Shown here one piece after another: positions 17,714 through 26,781 of a stretch of 64,000 nt of DNA (the stretch's first letter is position 1; each line of letters starts with the position of its first letter). The notes under the pieces are model-generated. The model did not search any database and had not been told where the DNA came from. It was given only the letters and a program-made list of their open reading frames with translations. The stretch spans positions 224,001 to 288,000 of the forward strand of contig OZ244070.1 of the NCBI GenBank assembly GCA_965215605.1, in the 5' to 3' direction. This stretch comes from an uncultured Candidatus Binatia bacterium (GTDB lineage Bacteria; Desulfobacterota; Binatia; UBA9968; JAJDTQ01). The position numbers and the translations under genes were made by a program.

Positions 17714-19922
17714 GAAGCAGCCCGTGGTAGAAGGTGCCGGCGGCGTGGAGCTCGTCATGCGTTCCCTGCTCCACGATGCGGCCCTTGTCGACGACGATGA
17801 TCCGGTCGGCGTCGCGGATGGTGCTCAGCCGATGCGCGATGATCAGACAGGAGCATCCGCGACGCCGGATTCGATCGTCGATGAGCAACTCGGTTACGGG
17901 GTCGAGGGCGCTGGTGGCTTCATCGAGGATCAGCAGCGACGGGTTGTTGACCAGCGCCCGGGCGATTTCCAGGCGCATGCGCTGTCCGCCGCTGAAGTTG
18001 CGTCCTCCCTCTTCCACCATGGACTCGTAGCCCGCCGGGCGGCCGATGATGTCCTCATGAACCGCGGCGTCGCGGGCCGCGGCGGTCACATGGTGATCCG
18101 GTATCGTCGCGGTCCACATGGTGAGGTTGTTGCGTATGGTCGTGGCGAACAGGACCGCATGCTGATCGACCATGGAGACGGACCGGCAGAATACCTCCCG
18201 CGGGATATCGACTTGCGGGTGGCCGTCGAAGAGCACTTCCCCGGACCAGGGCCGATGCAGACCCGCCGCCAGAAGCGCCAACGTGGACTTGCCCGAACCG
18301 CTGGGCCCCACCACCGCAACGCGCTGGCCGGGCTCGATGGTCAGGTTGAAGTCCTCGACGAGCGGCGCACGGTTCCGCTGGAAACCGAACGTGACGCCCC
18401 GCATCTCCAATCGTCCGACCAGACGCAGCCGGCCGTCGAGCGTCATGACCCGCTGTTGCGCGTCGGCGGCATGGTCGGGATAGGACATCTCCTGCGGCGC
18501 ATTGACCACGTCGTCCATCCTTGCCATATCGGCCTCCAGCGTCTCCAGCAGATCGGAGAACTGGGAAACCCGGGCCACGGGACCCAGAAAATTACCGGCG
18601 AGAACGTAGAATCCCATCAACCCGCCAAGGGTCATCTCGCCCGACATCGTGCGCCAGCCGCCAAGGCCGAACACCGCCGCCGCCGCGAGTATCTGAAACA
18701 GTTGCGGCAGCGCCGCGGCCACATGACCGAGTTCCACGAACGCCTGCCGCGCGCTCAGCTCGCGAGCCTGTCTGCCACTCCACAGCGAGAAGAAATCGGC
18801 CTCGCGGGCGGTTGCCTGCAAGGTCTCGATCATCTTGACGCCCGCCGTGCCCACCCCGAACGATATGCCCTGCTCGCGCCGTAGTCGATGGTTCTTGTCC
18901 CGGCGGAGGCGGGTCAGCACCTGTATCGACGCGACGCTGGCAACTCCCAAACCCCCAACCACAAGCGCCAGCCAGACATCGTATGCCACCATGACAACCA
19001 GAAAGGTCGCGCTCATGATGAGATCTACGGACAGCCGCACCATCTGGCCGGCTCCGGTGTCGGCGATCTGGTCGATGGTCCGCATGCGCAACGCCAGGTC
19101 TCCGGCGAGCCGGTGGGCGAAGAACCGCATGGGAAGCCGAAGCAAACGATCCAGGAAGTAGTCTGATTGGCTTATGGCAAGCCGGACGATGAGTTCGCGC
19201 AGGGAACGCATCTGGAGCCAGGTCAACAGGCAGATCAGCACGCTGGCGGCGAACATCGCCGCGATCAGCGCCCTGCTCTGACCCATCTGCTGGTCCTGAA
19301 AAACGCGATCCACGAATTCCGCAAGCAATACCGGCGGCGCCAGCAAGGTCAAGGCAAGGAGCAGGCCGTAGACGGCGGTGCGGGTCAGGAGGGAGCGATG
19401 GCCTCGCAACCACGGCCACAGGCGGCGCGCGACACCCGGACGCGCCCCGCCGGGCCGAAACGTGGGGCCCGGCTCGAGAATCAGGCCGACGCCCGTAAAC
19501 TCCTGACCGAAGTCACGCGCGTCGACGACGCGATGACCTTCGGCGGGATCATTCAGATAGTAGCGCCCGCGCGCGATGCCCTCCAGGACCACGAAGTGCC
19601 TGAATCCCCAATACAGGACCATCGGCTTCGGCAGCTTGGCGAGGCCATGGACCTGGCTGCTCCAGCCGGTGGCCTTCAGGCCGTATTTCCTGGCGGCGAT
19701 GGCGATGTCTTCGAGCGTCGAACCGTCACGCCCGACTCCGCAGTCGTCACGCAGAACTTCCAGGGGCACCCTGCGCCCGAAATGGGCGAGCACGGCGCCA
19801 AGGCATGCCGCGCCGCAGTCGGCCGCCTCCAACTGCATGAACAACGGTGTGCGGCGCGGTCTCCGCCAGCGCCCGAGCGTCCCGGGAGCAGCGGAGAATT
19901 TTGATTCGGCAGGATCAGCCAT
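17703..19922 (-). CDS. NHLP-family peptidase C39-containing ABC exporter
   Basis: QLEAADCGAACL (catalytic Cys), HFVV (His), NDPA (Asp), TM domain, GPSGSGKST, FSGGQ, ILDEATS. Confidence 0.92.
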   Translation of the reverse strand: MADPAESKFSAAPGTLGRWRRPRRTPLFMQLEAADCGAACLGAVLAHFGRRVPLEVLRDDCGVGRDGSTLEDIAIAARKYGLKATGWSSQVHGLAKLPKPMVLYWGFRHFVVLEGIARGRYYLNDPAEGHRVVDARDFGQEFTGVGLILEPGPTFRPGGARPGVARRLWPWLRGHRSLLTRTAVYGLLLALTLLAPPVLLAEFVDRVFQDQQMGQSRALIAAMFAASVLICLLTWLQMRSLRELIVRLAISQSDYFLDRLLRLPMRFFAHRLAGDLALRMRTIDQIADTGAGQMVRLSVDLIMSATFLVVMVAYDVWLALVVGGLGVASVASIQVLTRLRRDKNHRLRREQGISFGVGTAGVKMIETLQATAREADFFSLWSGRQARELSARQAFVELGHVAAALPQLFQILAAAAVFGLGGWRTMSGEMTLGGLMGFYVLAGNFLGPVARVSQFSDLLETLEADMARMDDVVNAPQEMSYPDHAADAQQRVMTLDGRLRLVGRLEMRGVTFGFQRNRAPLVEDFNLTIEPGQRVAVVGPSGSGKSTLALLAAGLHRPWSGEVLFDGHPQVDIPREVFCRSVSMVDQHAVLFATTIRNNLTMWTATIPDHHVTAAARDAAVHEDIIGRPAGYESMVEEGGRNFSGGQRMRLEIARALVNNPSLLILDEATSALDPVTELLIDDRIRRRGCSCLIIAHRLSTIRDADRIIVVDKGRIVEQGTHDELHAAGTFYHGLLRGE

Positions 19923-20110
19923 GCGGGGCTTACGGCCACAACGTAACTGCGGCCCAGGCTACGAGCATCAGCAACGGGACCAGAAGCGCCGCCACGAAAA
20001 CGCGCTCATGCGGTGCCGTCACGCGCAACAGGTCGTCCACTGCCTCGGGTTGCACGCTGCGGATGAGCGCTTCCTGGCGGTAAACGGAGGGGGCCGGCAT
20101 CAGGCAAGGA

Positions 20111-20144
20111 AGGGGTGAGCGGCGCGTCTACCCGCGCCGCCCCT
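20111..20144. other. GC-rich stem-loop 3' of precursor 2
   Basis: agggg..gcggcgcg-tctacc-cgcgccgc-ccct inverted repeat with no U-tract; may stabilise or attenuate mRNA. Confidence 0.4.
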
Positions 20145-20164
20145 CATTGAACCGGTCTAAGCGA

Positions 20165-20425
20165 TTACCAAAGAGCGCTCCAGGAACCACCGGCGGCCGC
20201 GCGCATTTCTTCGTCCGAGAGAGCACCCCCGGCCGGCGGCAGGACCAGATGAACGTCCGTGGCGCTCTCTTCGTGAACGTGGACGGTCAGGTCCTCCGGC
20301 ATGGCCAACCCCGTGGCTTGCTCAATGGCCTTCCTCGGATCTTCCAGGAGCAGGGCACGGAATGCTTCGTCCTCGTCCGCCTTCGCTCGCACGAGAACCT
20401 CGACCTCTGGTGAAGAATTTGCCAT
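20165..20425 (-). CDS. NHLP-leader RiPP precursor 2 (86 aa; predicted core SWSALW)
   Basis: AAGGAGG RBS; leader KADEDEAFRALLLEDPRKAI...HLVLPP...LSDEEMRAAAGG followed by a 6-aa core. Confidence 0.88.
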   Translation of the reverse strand: MANSSPEVEVLVRAKADEDEAFRALLLEDPRKAIEQATGLAMPEDLTVHVHEESATDVHLVLPPAGGALSDEEMRAAAGGSWSALW

Positions 20426-20540
20426 TGAATCCTCCTTTACGTTCGCCGTTAGGGGTGAATTTCCAGGCCTCGGCTTCGCCCGCGGCCGCTCCAGGAGGGC
20501 CGCCGAACCGGCGCTGAAGGCCCACATCAGCACAAATCCA

Positions 20541-20569
20541 CTGATACACGCACCGCTTGCGAGAGTCAA
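20541..20569 (-). promoter_or_regulatory. putative sigma70 promoter for precursor 2 / transporter operon
   Basis: TTGACT-N17-TATCAG on the minus strand. Confidence 0.4.
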
Positions 20570-20669
20570 GGCAGCCTGCGACCGACGGTGCGCCCATGGT
20601 GGCAACGGCAACGGTGAGCGGCTATAGGAAAAGGGGACCGAACTGCTTCACCCCTGAGGGTTTCGTGCA

Positions 20670-21944
20670 ATGGTACAGCCGGGCGCCGAGTCTTTACGGA
20701 AAATCGCCGTTGTGGGGCGAGGAACCGCCGGGTCCATGGCGACCGCCAGCATCACACATGCCCTCCGGGACACGGACCACGAGCTGCACCACATCTACGA
20801 CTCGCGCATTCCGGTCATCGGCGTGGGTGAAGGCAGTTGGCCAAGCCTTGTTCGTGAGTTGCAGCGACTGACGCATCTTCCCCTTGACGCGATTCAAATG
20901 CGCGTGAAGGGAACCCGCAAGTACGGCGTGGCATTCGAGGGCTGGGGCCGGCGCAACCAAAACTTCATCCATTACTTCATGCCGCGCCATGAGTCCTACG
21001 GCTACCATCTGTCTGCCGACTTGATGGCGGACCTCCTGCGGGAACACACGAGAGCGCGCCACATCGACGCCAAAGTGCTTGACATCACCAGGGTGGAGGA
21101 CGGCGCCCGGGTGGAATTCGAGAATCTGGCGCCGGAACGCTACGATCTGGTCTTCGATGCCCGCGGTTTTCCGAGAGAACTTCATCCCGACCAGCACATC
21201 CACATCCCCTTCATCCCCACCAATACGGCCGTCATCCGGCGCTGTCCGGCGATCTTCGAGGAAGCGCAGGACGGGCCGGTTCTGCAACACACCTTTACCC
21301 GCGCCGTCGCGCGTCCCCACGGCTGGATATTCGTGATTCCGCTTACCACGCACACGTCCTGCGGGTACATCTTCAACCGCGACGTATCGAGCCCCGCCGC
21401 GGTCGAGTCCGACTTCGACGCGTTCCTCAAGACGGAAGGAATATCCGAATTCGAGCAACGCGCCGTCATTCCGTTCCCGAATTTCGTCCATCGCGCCATG
21501 TATGACGGCGCAATAGCACGCATCGGCAATGCGGCGACGTTCATGGAACCCCTTGAAGCGACGGCGATCGGGGGCGCCGGGGCCCAGATCGGACTGGTGC
21601 TTCACGCGCGCCTCAGCCGTCCGGTGGAAAAACTCGAAGAGGACGCACCGGTGGTCAACCGGTTTCTCGTCAAAAACATGCTCTCCTTCGGCCTGTTCGT
21701 CGGTTGGCACTATGCCCGCGGCTCGAACTACGACAGCGGTTTCTGGCGCCATGCTCGTGATCACGCCTGGCCGCGGCACCGCAGGGCGTTGGACACCGAG
21801 CCGGCGGGTTCCCCCGCGCTCCGGAGTTTCGACGAGATGATCGAAGCGACGGCCCGCACCGTCATCGATGCAGCGGACTGGAAACGGGAATGCGGGTTCC
21901 CGTTCAGCAGCTATTACCAGATGTCTCAGGGCCTCGGCTGTTGA
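20670..21944 (+). CDS. divergent flavin-dependent halogenase-like protein (copy 2, 424 aa)
   Basis: GRGTAG, IGVGEGS, GTRKYGV (Lys kept), GWIFVIP (WxWxIP variant), FMEPLEATAI. Confidence 0.8.
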   Translation: MVQPGAESLRKIAVVGRGTAGSMATASITHALRDTDHELHHIYDSRIPVIGVGEGSWPSLVRELQRLTHLPLDAIQMRVKGTRKYGVAFEGWGRRNQNFIHYFMPRHESYGYHLSADLMADLLREHTRARHIDAKVLDITRVEDGARVEFENLAPERYDLVFDARGFPRELHPDQHIHIPFIPTNTAVIRRCPAIFEEAQDGPVLQHTFTRAVARPHGWIFVIPLTTHTSCGYIFNRDVSSPAAVESDFDAFLKTEGISEFEQRAVIPFPNFVHRAMYDGAIARIGNAATFMEPLEATAIGGAGAQIGLVLHARLSRPVEKLEEDAPVVNRFLVKNMLSFGLFVGWHYARGSNYDSGFWRHARDHAWPRHRRALDTEPAGSPALRSFDEMIEATARTVIDAADWKRECGFPFSSYYQMSQGLGC

Positions 21945-21970
21945 CAACGTTCCCGCAATTTCACTAAGGT
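21941..21970 (+). promoter_or_regulatory. sigma70-type promoter upstream of dctP
   Basis: TTGACA-N18-TAAGGT. Confidence 0.55.
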
Positions 21971-22038
21971 CTGCACCTATCCGGCTTCGGCCGAGGCATC
22001 AACCGGTCGGGAAAGCCCCGGCAAAGGAGGGTATACGG

Positions 22039-23025
22039 ATGAAGAAGATTGCACTCGGGGTGTTCGTCGCCCTGTTCGTTCTGGCCGCATCCGCGCAGGC
22101 GGAGGTCACGATAAAACTCAGCACCTGCCTGGCAAAAACCCACGACCAGGTGGAAACGTATTTCCAGGCCTTCTTCGACAAGTTCAACGAAGCGGCCAAG
22201 GGCGAGGCCAGGATCCAATACGTGGGCGGCCCGGAAGTTTCGCCGCGACAGAAGCAGGGTCCGGCGCTCAGGCGCGGCCTGGTGGACATGATCTTCTGTC
22301 CCATGGGCTACTACGAGGGAATGGTGGCGGAAGCCGGCCTGACCTCGGTGACCAACCTGTCCACCAAGGAGCTCCGTAACAACGGCGCCATCGACCAGCT
22401 CCAACCGGTGTGGGCCAAGAAATTCAACGGGATGATCCTGGGCTGGTGCTGCTACGGCGTCGACTTCCACATCTACACCACCTTCAAACCCAAGACGAAC
22501 ACCAAGACCGGCCTTGATCTGTCGGGCCACAAGATGCGCTCCACCGCGACGTACAGACCCTTCCTCAGCGCCATGGGGGCCATTCCCGTCACCATGGCAG
22601 CCGCGGAAATGTACACCGGTCTGCAGCGAGGCGTGGTGCAGGGGCTCGCATGGCCGGAGGGAGCACTGGCCAAGTACGGGGTCCAGAAGTTCCTCAAGTA
22701 CCGCGTCTACCCCGGATTCTATCGCAGCGGCTCCATGGTCGTGATCAACCTGGACAAGTTCAAGTCCTATCCCAAGTCCGTGCAGGACAAGCTGGTCCAG
22801 GCGGGTCTGGCGTTCGAGCAAGGCAGCGAGCCCATCCTCCGCGCGAAGGCCGACGCGGACAACAAGAAGCTGTGGGCTTCGGGCCTTCAGAAGCTGGAGC
22901 TCAAGGGCGAAGAGCGAAAGGCTTATCTGCGCACCGTGTACGAGCTCGCCTGGGACGTACGGAAGGACAAGCCGTATACCGTCCCGTTTGCAAAGCTCAA
23001 GGAGAAGATGTACCGCGCGCCCTGA
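22039..23025 (+). CDS. dctP: TRAP transporter substrate-binding protein (DctP family)
   Basis: Signal peptide MKKIALGVFVALFVLAASAQA; DLSGHKMRS, EMYTGLQRGVVQG; AAGGAGG RBS. Confidence 0.85.
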   Translation: MKKIALGVFVALFVLAASAQAEVTIKLSTCLAKTHDQVETYFQAFFDKFNEAAKGEARIQYVGGPEVSPRQKQGPALRRGLVDMIFCPMGYYEGMVAEAGLTSVTNLSTKELRNNGAIDQLQPVWAKKFNGMILGWCCYGVDFHIYTTFKPKTNTKTGLDLSGHKMRSTATYRPFLSAMGAIPVTMAAAEMYTGLQRGVVQGLAWPEGALAKYGVQKFLKYRVYPGFYRSGSMVVINLDKFKSYPKSVQDKLVQAGLAFEQGSEPILRAKADADNKKLWASGLQKLELKGEERKAYLRTVYELAWDVRKDKPYTVPFAKLKEKMYRAP

Positions 23026-23046
23026 GGGCCGCACGGTCCAAACAGC

Positions 23047-23093
23047 AAAAAACGCCCCCGATCCGCAGTGCCGGATCGGGGGCGTTTTCTTTT
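23047..23093. terminator. bidirectional Rho-independent terminator
   Basis: aaaaaacgcccccgatccg-cagtgc-cggatcgggggcgttttctttt between convergent genes. Confidence 0.9.
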
Positions 23094-23142
23094 CGGGTGC
23101 GCGGGACGTCCCGCGCGAGGACGCCCGCCGTTGTCCCTCTTC

Positions 23143-24453
23143 TCAATCCATCAGATTGGGGAGCCACAGCGCGAGTTGGGGTTCCCAGATCAGGATGAGG
23201 ATCAGGATCAGATCGCAGATCAGGAACGGGATCGCCGCGTTGGCCACCTGCAGCAGCGTGGTGCCCTTGGGCGCCACCCCCAACATGACGTAGAGCAGCA
23301 GCCCGAAGGGCGGCGTAGTGCCCGCCATCTCCAGCGTCATGAGCACGAACAGGCCGAACCAGATCAGGTCGAAGCCCAGGGCCTCGGCAAGGGGAAAGAA
23401 GATCGGCACGGTGATGAGCATCATGGAGGTGGCGTCCATGAACATGCCCAGCACGATGAGGATCAGGAACATGACCGCCAGCACCACCAGGCGGGACACC
23501 TCGAAGCCGGTGGCCCAGTCCAGCATCCCGGCGGTGGCGCCCGAGTAGGCCAGAAGCTGGCTGAACACCGTCGAGTTCATGATGATGAGGAACACCATGC
23601 CGGCCACCCGCACGGTGCCCGACAGGGAGGTGCGAATCGCCTCCCACTTGAGCACGCGGAAGGCCGTGGCCAGGATGGCGACGCCCAGCACGCCGCAGGC
23701 GGCGGACTCGGTGGGGGTGGCGAGGCCCAGGATGATGAAGCCGATGACCATGAAGATCACCAGGCTCACCGGCAGGATGTTGAAGGTGACGAACTTGATC
23801 TTTTGGGCCCACGTGGTGGGCGGCACGTCATAGGCCGGCGCGCCCGCGGGGTTGATGACGATCTGGAGATACAACATGCCGGCATACAGCAGGGCCAGGA
23901 CGAAGCCCGGCAGAAACCCGGCGATCAGCAAACGGCCCACGTCGATGTTGGCGACGCTGGCGAGAAGCACCGCCAGCGCCGACGGCGGGATGATCATGGC
24001 CAGTCCGCCGGTGCCCAGGATCGGCCCCATGGACATGCGCCAGTTGTAGCCCCGCCGCTGCATCTCCGGCACCAGCAGCGATCCCAGCATCGCGGTGTTG
24101 GCCATGGAGGAGCCGGTGAGGGTGGAAAAGATGGTGCCGCCGGCCACCGTCAGATAGCAGAGCCGGCCCCTGAGCTTGCCGAACAGCGAATCGAGCCCGT
24201 CGAACACGCGGATCGCCAGGCCGGTATGAAAGAACAGCGCGCCCATGAGGATGAACATGGGCACGGGACCCAGGGTGAAGCGGGTGATCAGCACGGTGGA
24301 GTTGTCCGCCACCTGGATGAAGCCGTGGACGCCGGCAAAGATGAAGATGCCGACGAAGTTCGTGGTGATGAAGGCGAAGGCCACGGGGACCCCGATGGCC
24401 ATCAGACAGACGACCATGCCCACGAGAAAAGCAAATGCCCAGTACCATTCCAT
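23143..24453 (-). CDS. dctM: TRAP transporter large permease (DctM)
   Basis: Polytopic; PMFILMG, TGSSMA, GGLAMIIPPS, TPTESA, TTPPFG. Confidence 0.9.
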   Translation of the reverse strand: MEWYWAFAFLVGMVVCLMAIGVPVAFAFITTNFVGIFIFAGVHGFIQVADNSTVLITRFTLGPVPMFILMGALFFHTGLAIRVFDGLDSLFGKLRGRLCYLTVAGGTIFSTLTGSSMANTAMLGSLLVPEMQRRGYNWRMSMGPILGTGGLAMIIPPSALAVLLASVANIDVGRLLIAGFLPGFVLALLYAGMLYLQIVINPAGAPAYDVPPTTWAQKIKFVTFNILPVSLVIFMVIGFIILGLATPTESAACGVLGVAILATAFRVLKWEAIRTSLSGTVRVAGMVFLIIMNSTVFSQLLAYSGATAGMLDWATGFEVSRLVVLAVMFLILIVLGMFMDATSMMLITVPIFFPLAEALGFDLIWFGLFVLMTLEMAGTTPPFGLLLYVMLGVAPKGTTLLQVANAAIPFLICDLILILILIWEPQLALWLPNLMD

Positions 24454-24965
24454 CACACGTTCTCCCGCACCGCGGTGCGCGAGGTATACATGGTGTCCAC
24501 GCCTGTCAGGAACCGGAGGAACTCGAAGGCGATCATGGCGAACGACACCGGCATGGGCGCGAGGAGCATCCAAAGCGGTTGGGCTTCACCGCGGATGTCC
24601 ATCTCGCCCGAAAGAAACGCGTCGATGAGGAGGTCGGTGGAAAAGTAGATGAAGAAAAGGCAGCAGACGATGCAGATGACGTAGACGAGACGGGCCAGCA
24701 CCGCCTGCACGATCTCGGGCAGCAGTTGCACCAGTGAGTCCACGAACACGTGGCCTTTCATGCGCACCAGCCACGGCGCTCCCAGCATGGTGAACCACAG
24801 GAGCCCGTACTCGACCACGCCCAGCGTGTAGGAGGAGGGCTGGAGCCCCACGAGACGTACGAACACCTCGGTGACGATGAGAAAAAAGATCAGAAAGACG
24901 ACCACCTCCGCGCCGATCTTGAAAGCGTTGAGGAGCCATTCGTACGCTCGCGCCAAGCTCTGCAT
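24453..24965 (-). CDS. dctQ: TRAP transporter small permease (DctQ)
   Basis: About 4 TM, LGAPWLVRMKGHVFVD; coupled to dctM. Confidence 0.85.
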   Translation of the reverse strand: MQSLARAYEWLLNAFKIGAEVVVFLIFFLIVTEVFVRLVGLQPSSYTLGVVEYGLLWFTMLGAPWLVRMKGHVFVDSLVQLLPEIVQAVLARLVYVICIVCCLFFIYFSTDLLIDAFLSGEMDIRGEAQPLWMLLAPMPVSFAMIAFEFLRFLTGVDTMYTSRTAVRENV

Positions 24966-25210
24966 CCTGCCTCCATCCTGGCCCGGACCGGACCCGTGTT
25001 TGCCACCCCCGTAAACGGAAGTTTTCTGCTTTTATCGTCTCCCAACACGGCTGTCAAAGCAGTTTGCGGCAAAATCGCCATTTCTTGACGGGAAACGCCG
25101 CCCGGTGATACCACCTTGGAGCGGAGGCCCCGCCTCGCGACAAGAGGCGGCGTGGCAGGGACGACAGCGGGCACCGTATCCCGCGCGCAGACCCGTTCAG
25201 GAGGTTCGAC

Positions 25211-26041
25211 GTGAGAATTCTGGTCACCGGGGGCTTGGGCAAGGTCGGCGAGCATGTTGTGGACGAGTTGCTGCGCGGCGGCCATGAGGTGACGGTGCTG
25301 GACCGCCTGCCCGGCCCCCGGGACGGCGGCGGCGCCAAGTACCTGGTGGGAGAGGTTCAGGACCTCGGGCAGGTCATCGAGGCGGCCGCGGGAACCGACG
25401 CCATCATCCATCTGGCCGCGGTGCACAACCCCCACGTCGCCCCCACCGGCGTCGTCTTCGAGACCAACGTCAACGGCACCTTCAACGCCCACCACGCGGC
25501 GTTCCGGCTGGGCATCCCGCGGGTGGTCTCCACCAGCAGCAACGCCGCCGTCGGATGGGCCTATAGCGAAGGCGCGTTCATGCCTGACTACCTTCCCATC
25601 GACGAGGAGCACCCGTTGAGGCCCATCGACCCCTACGGCCTGTCGAAGCAGATCGGCGAGACCATCGCCCGCTCCTACAGCCTCAAGGGCGTGGAGTCGG
25701 TCGTCATCCGCCCCAGCGGCGTGGTGACCCCGGAGGCGCTGGAGCAGATCCGCCGCACCGGCGGCCGGGAGCCCGAGGGCTGGCGCGAGTACAGCTACAT
25801 CGACGTGAGGGATCTGGCCGTGGCCTTCCGGCTCGCGGTGGAGAAACCCCTGCCCGGCTGCACCGTGACGTTCGTGGTGGCGGACGACAGCACCGTGGCC
25901 GAGCCCCTGTGCGATCTCCTGCCACGGCTCAAGCCTGCCATCGGCGACCGCGCCGCCAAGCTCACCGGCACCCAAGGTGTGTTCAGCAATGCCCGGGCCA
26001 GGGAGCTGCTTGGATGGCAACCCGTACACACATGGCGGTGA
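25211..26041 (+). CDS. NAD-dependent epimerase/dehydratase (extended SDR)
   Basis: VTGGLGKVG, IHLAA, SS, YGLSK, YIDVRD. Confidence 0.88.
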   Translation: MRILVTGGLGKVGEHVVDELLRGGHEVTVLDRLPGPRDGGGAKYLVGEVQDLGQVIEAAAGTDAIIHLAAVHNPHVAPTGVVFETNVNGTFNAHHAAFRLGIPRVVSTSSNAAVGWAYSEGAFMPDYLPIDEEHPLRPIDPYGLSKQIGETIARSYSLKGVESVVIRPSGVVTPEALEQIRRTGGREPEGWREYSYIDVRDLAVAFRLAVEKPLPGCTVTFVVADDSTVAEPLCDLLPRLKPAIGDRAAKLTGTQGVFSNARARELLGWQPVHTWR

Positions 26042-26051
26042 CAACCGAATC

Positions 26052-26092
26052 GTCATTCCTGCGAAACCTGTCCCCGACCCCGATCGGGGAGC
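26052..26092. repeat. REP/RPE-like palindromic element (GTCATTCC...type, truncated)
   Basis: gtcattcctgcgaaacctg followed by the hairpin tccccga-cccc-gatcgggga. Confidence 0.45.
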
Positions 26093-26144
26093 CCCCGGCA
26101 CGGACCCGGCGGCTGACACCGCCCCGCGGCGAAAAGGAGTTGTC

Positions 26145-26687
26145 ATGTTCCCGCATCTCACCCGTTTCAATCTCAGGAACTGGATCGACGAGAACCGGGG
26201 CGACTGGGGCCGGCGGAGGGTCATCTGGGAAGACTCGGACTTCATCGTCTTCGTCACCCGAGGCCCCAACACCCGCACCGACTTCCACATCAACCCGGGA
26301 GACGAGATCTTCTACCAGCTCGAGGGCGAGTTGAACCTCCACTACCTGACCCCGGACAACAAGCCGGAGGTAGCGGTGCTCAAGGAGGGCGAGTTGTTCC
26401 TGCTGCCCCGCTTCGTGCCCCATTCGCCGCGCCGGGAGGACGGTTCCTACACCCTGGTGGTGGAACGGGTGCGGCGGCCGGACGAGGACGACCGCTTCGT
26501 CTGGGTATGCCGCAACTGCACCCATCAGCTCTACGAGACCACGGCCCACTTCAACGATCCCGCGGACGCGGTCGCGAAAGCCTACGAGGCCATGGCCGAG
26601 GACGAGGCCCTGCGCCGTTGCGCCCAATGCGGGCAGACCGAACCCGCGGTAAGGAGCGAGGGGCCCGCCTTCGTCTGGAGAGGGTAA
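26145..26687 (+). CDS. 3-hydroxyanthranilate 3,4-dioxygenase-like protein
   Basis: GPNTRTDFHIN..DEIFYQ, VPHSPRR, CRNC and CAQC rubredoxin-like site. Confidence 0.85.
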   Translation: MFPHLTRFNLRNWIDENRGDWGRRRVIWEDSDFIVFVTRGPNTRTDFHINPGDEIFYQLEGELNLHYLTPDNKPEVAVLKEGELFLLPRFVPHSPRREDGSYTLVVERVRRPDEDDRFVWVCRNCTHQLYETTAHFNDPADAVAKAYEAMAEDEALRRCAQCGQTEPAVRSEGPAFVWRG

Positions 26688-26781
26688 CGGCAACGACAGC
26701 AACCGCTCGGGCGCTGTACGGGTTTTGGACAGGCCACCGCGCATCGGGGCAGGGCGTCTGTGGCAGCCCATCATACGGATT

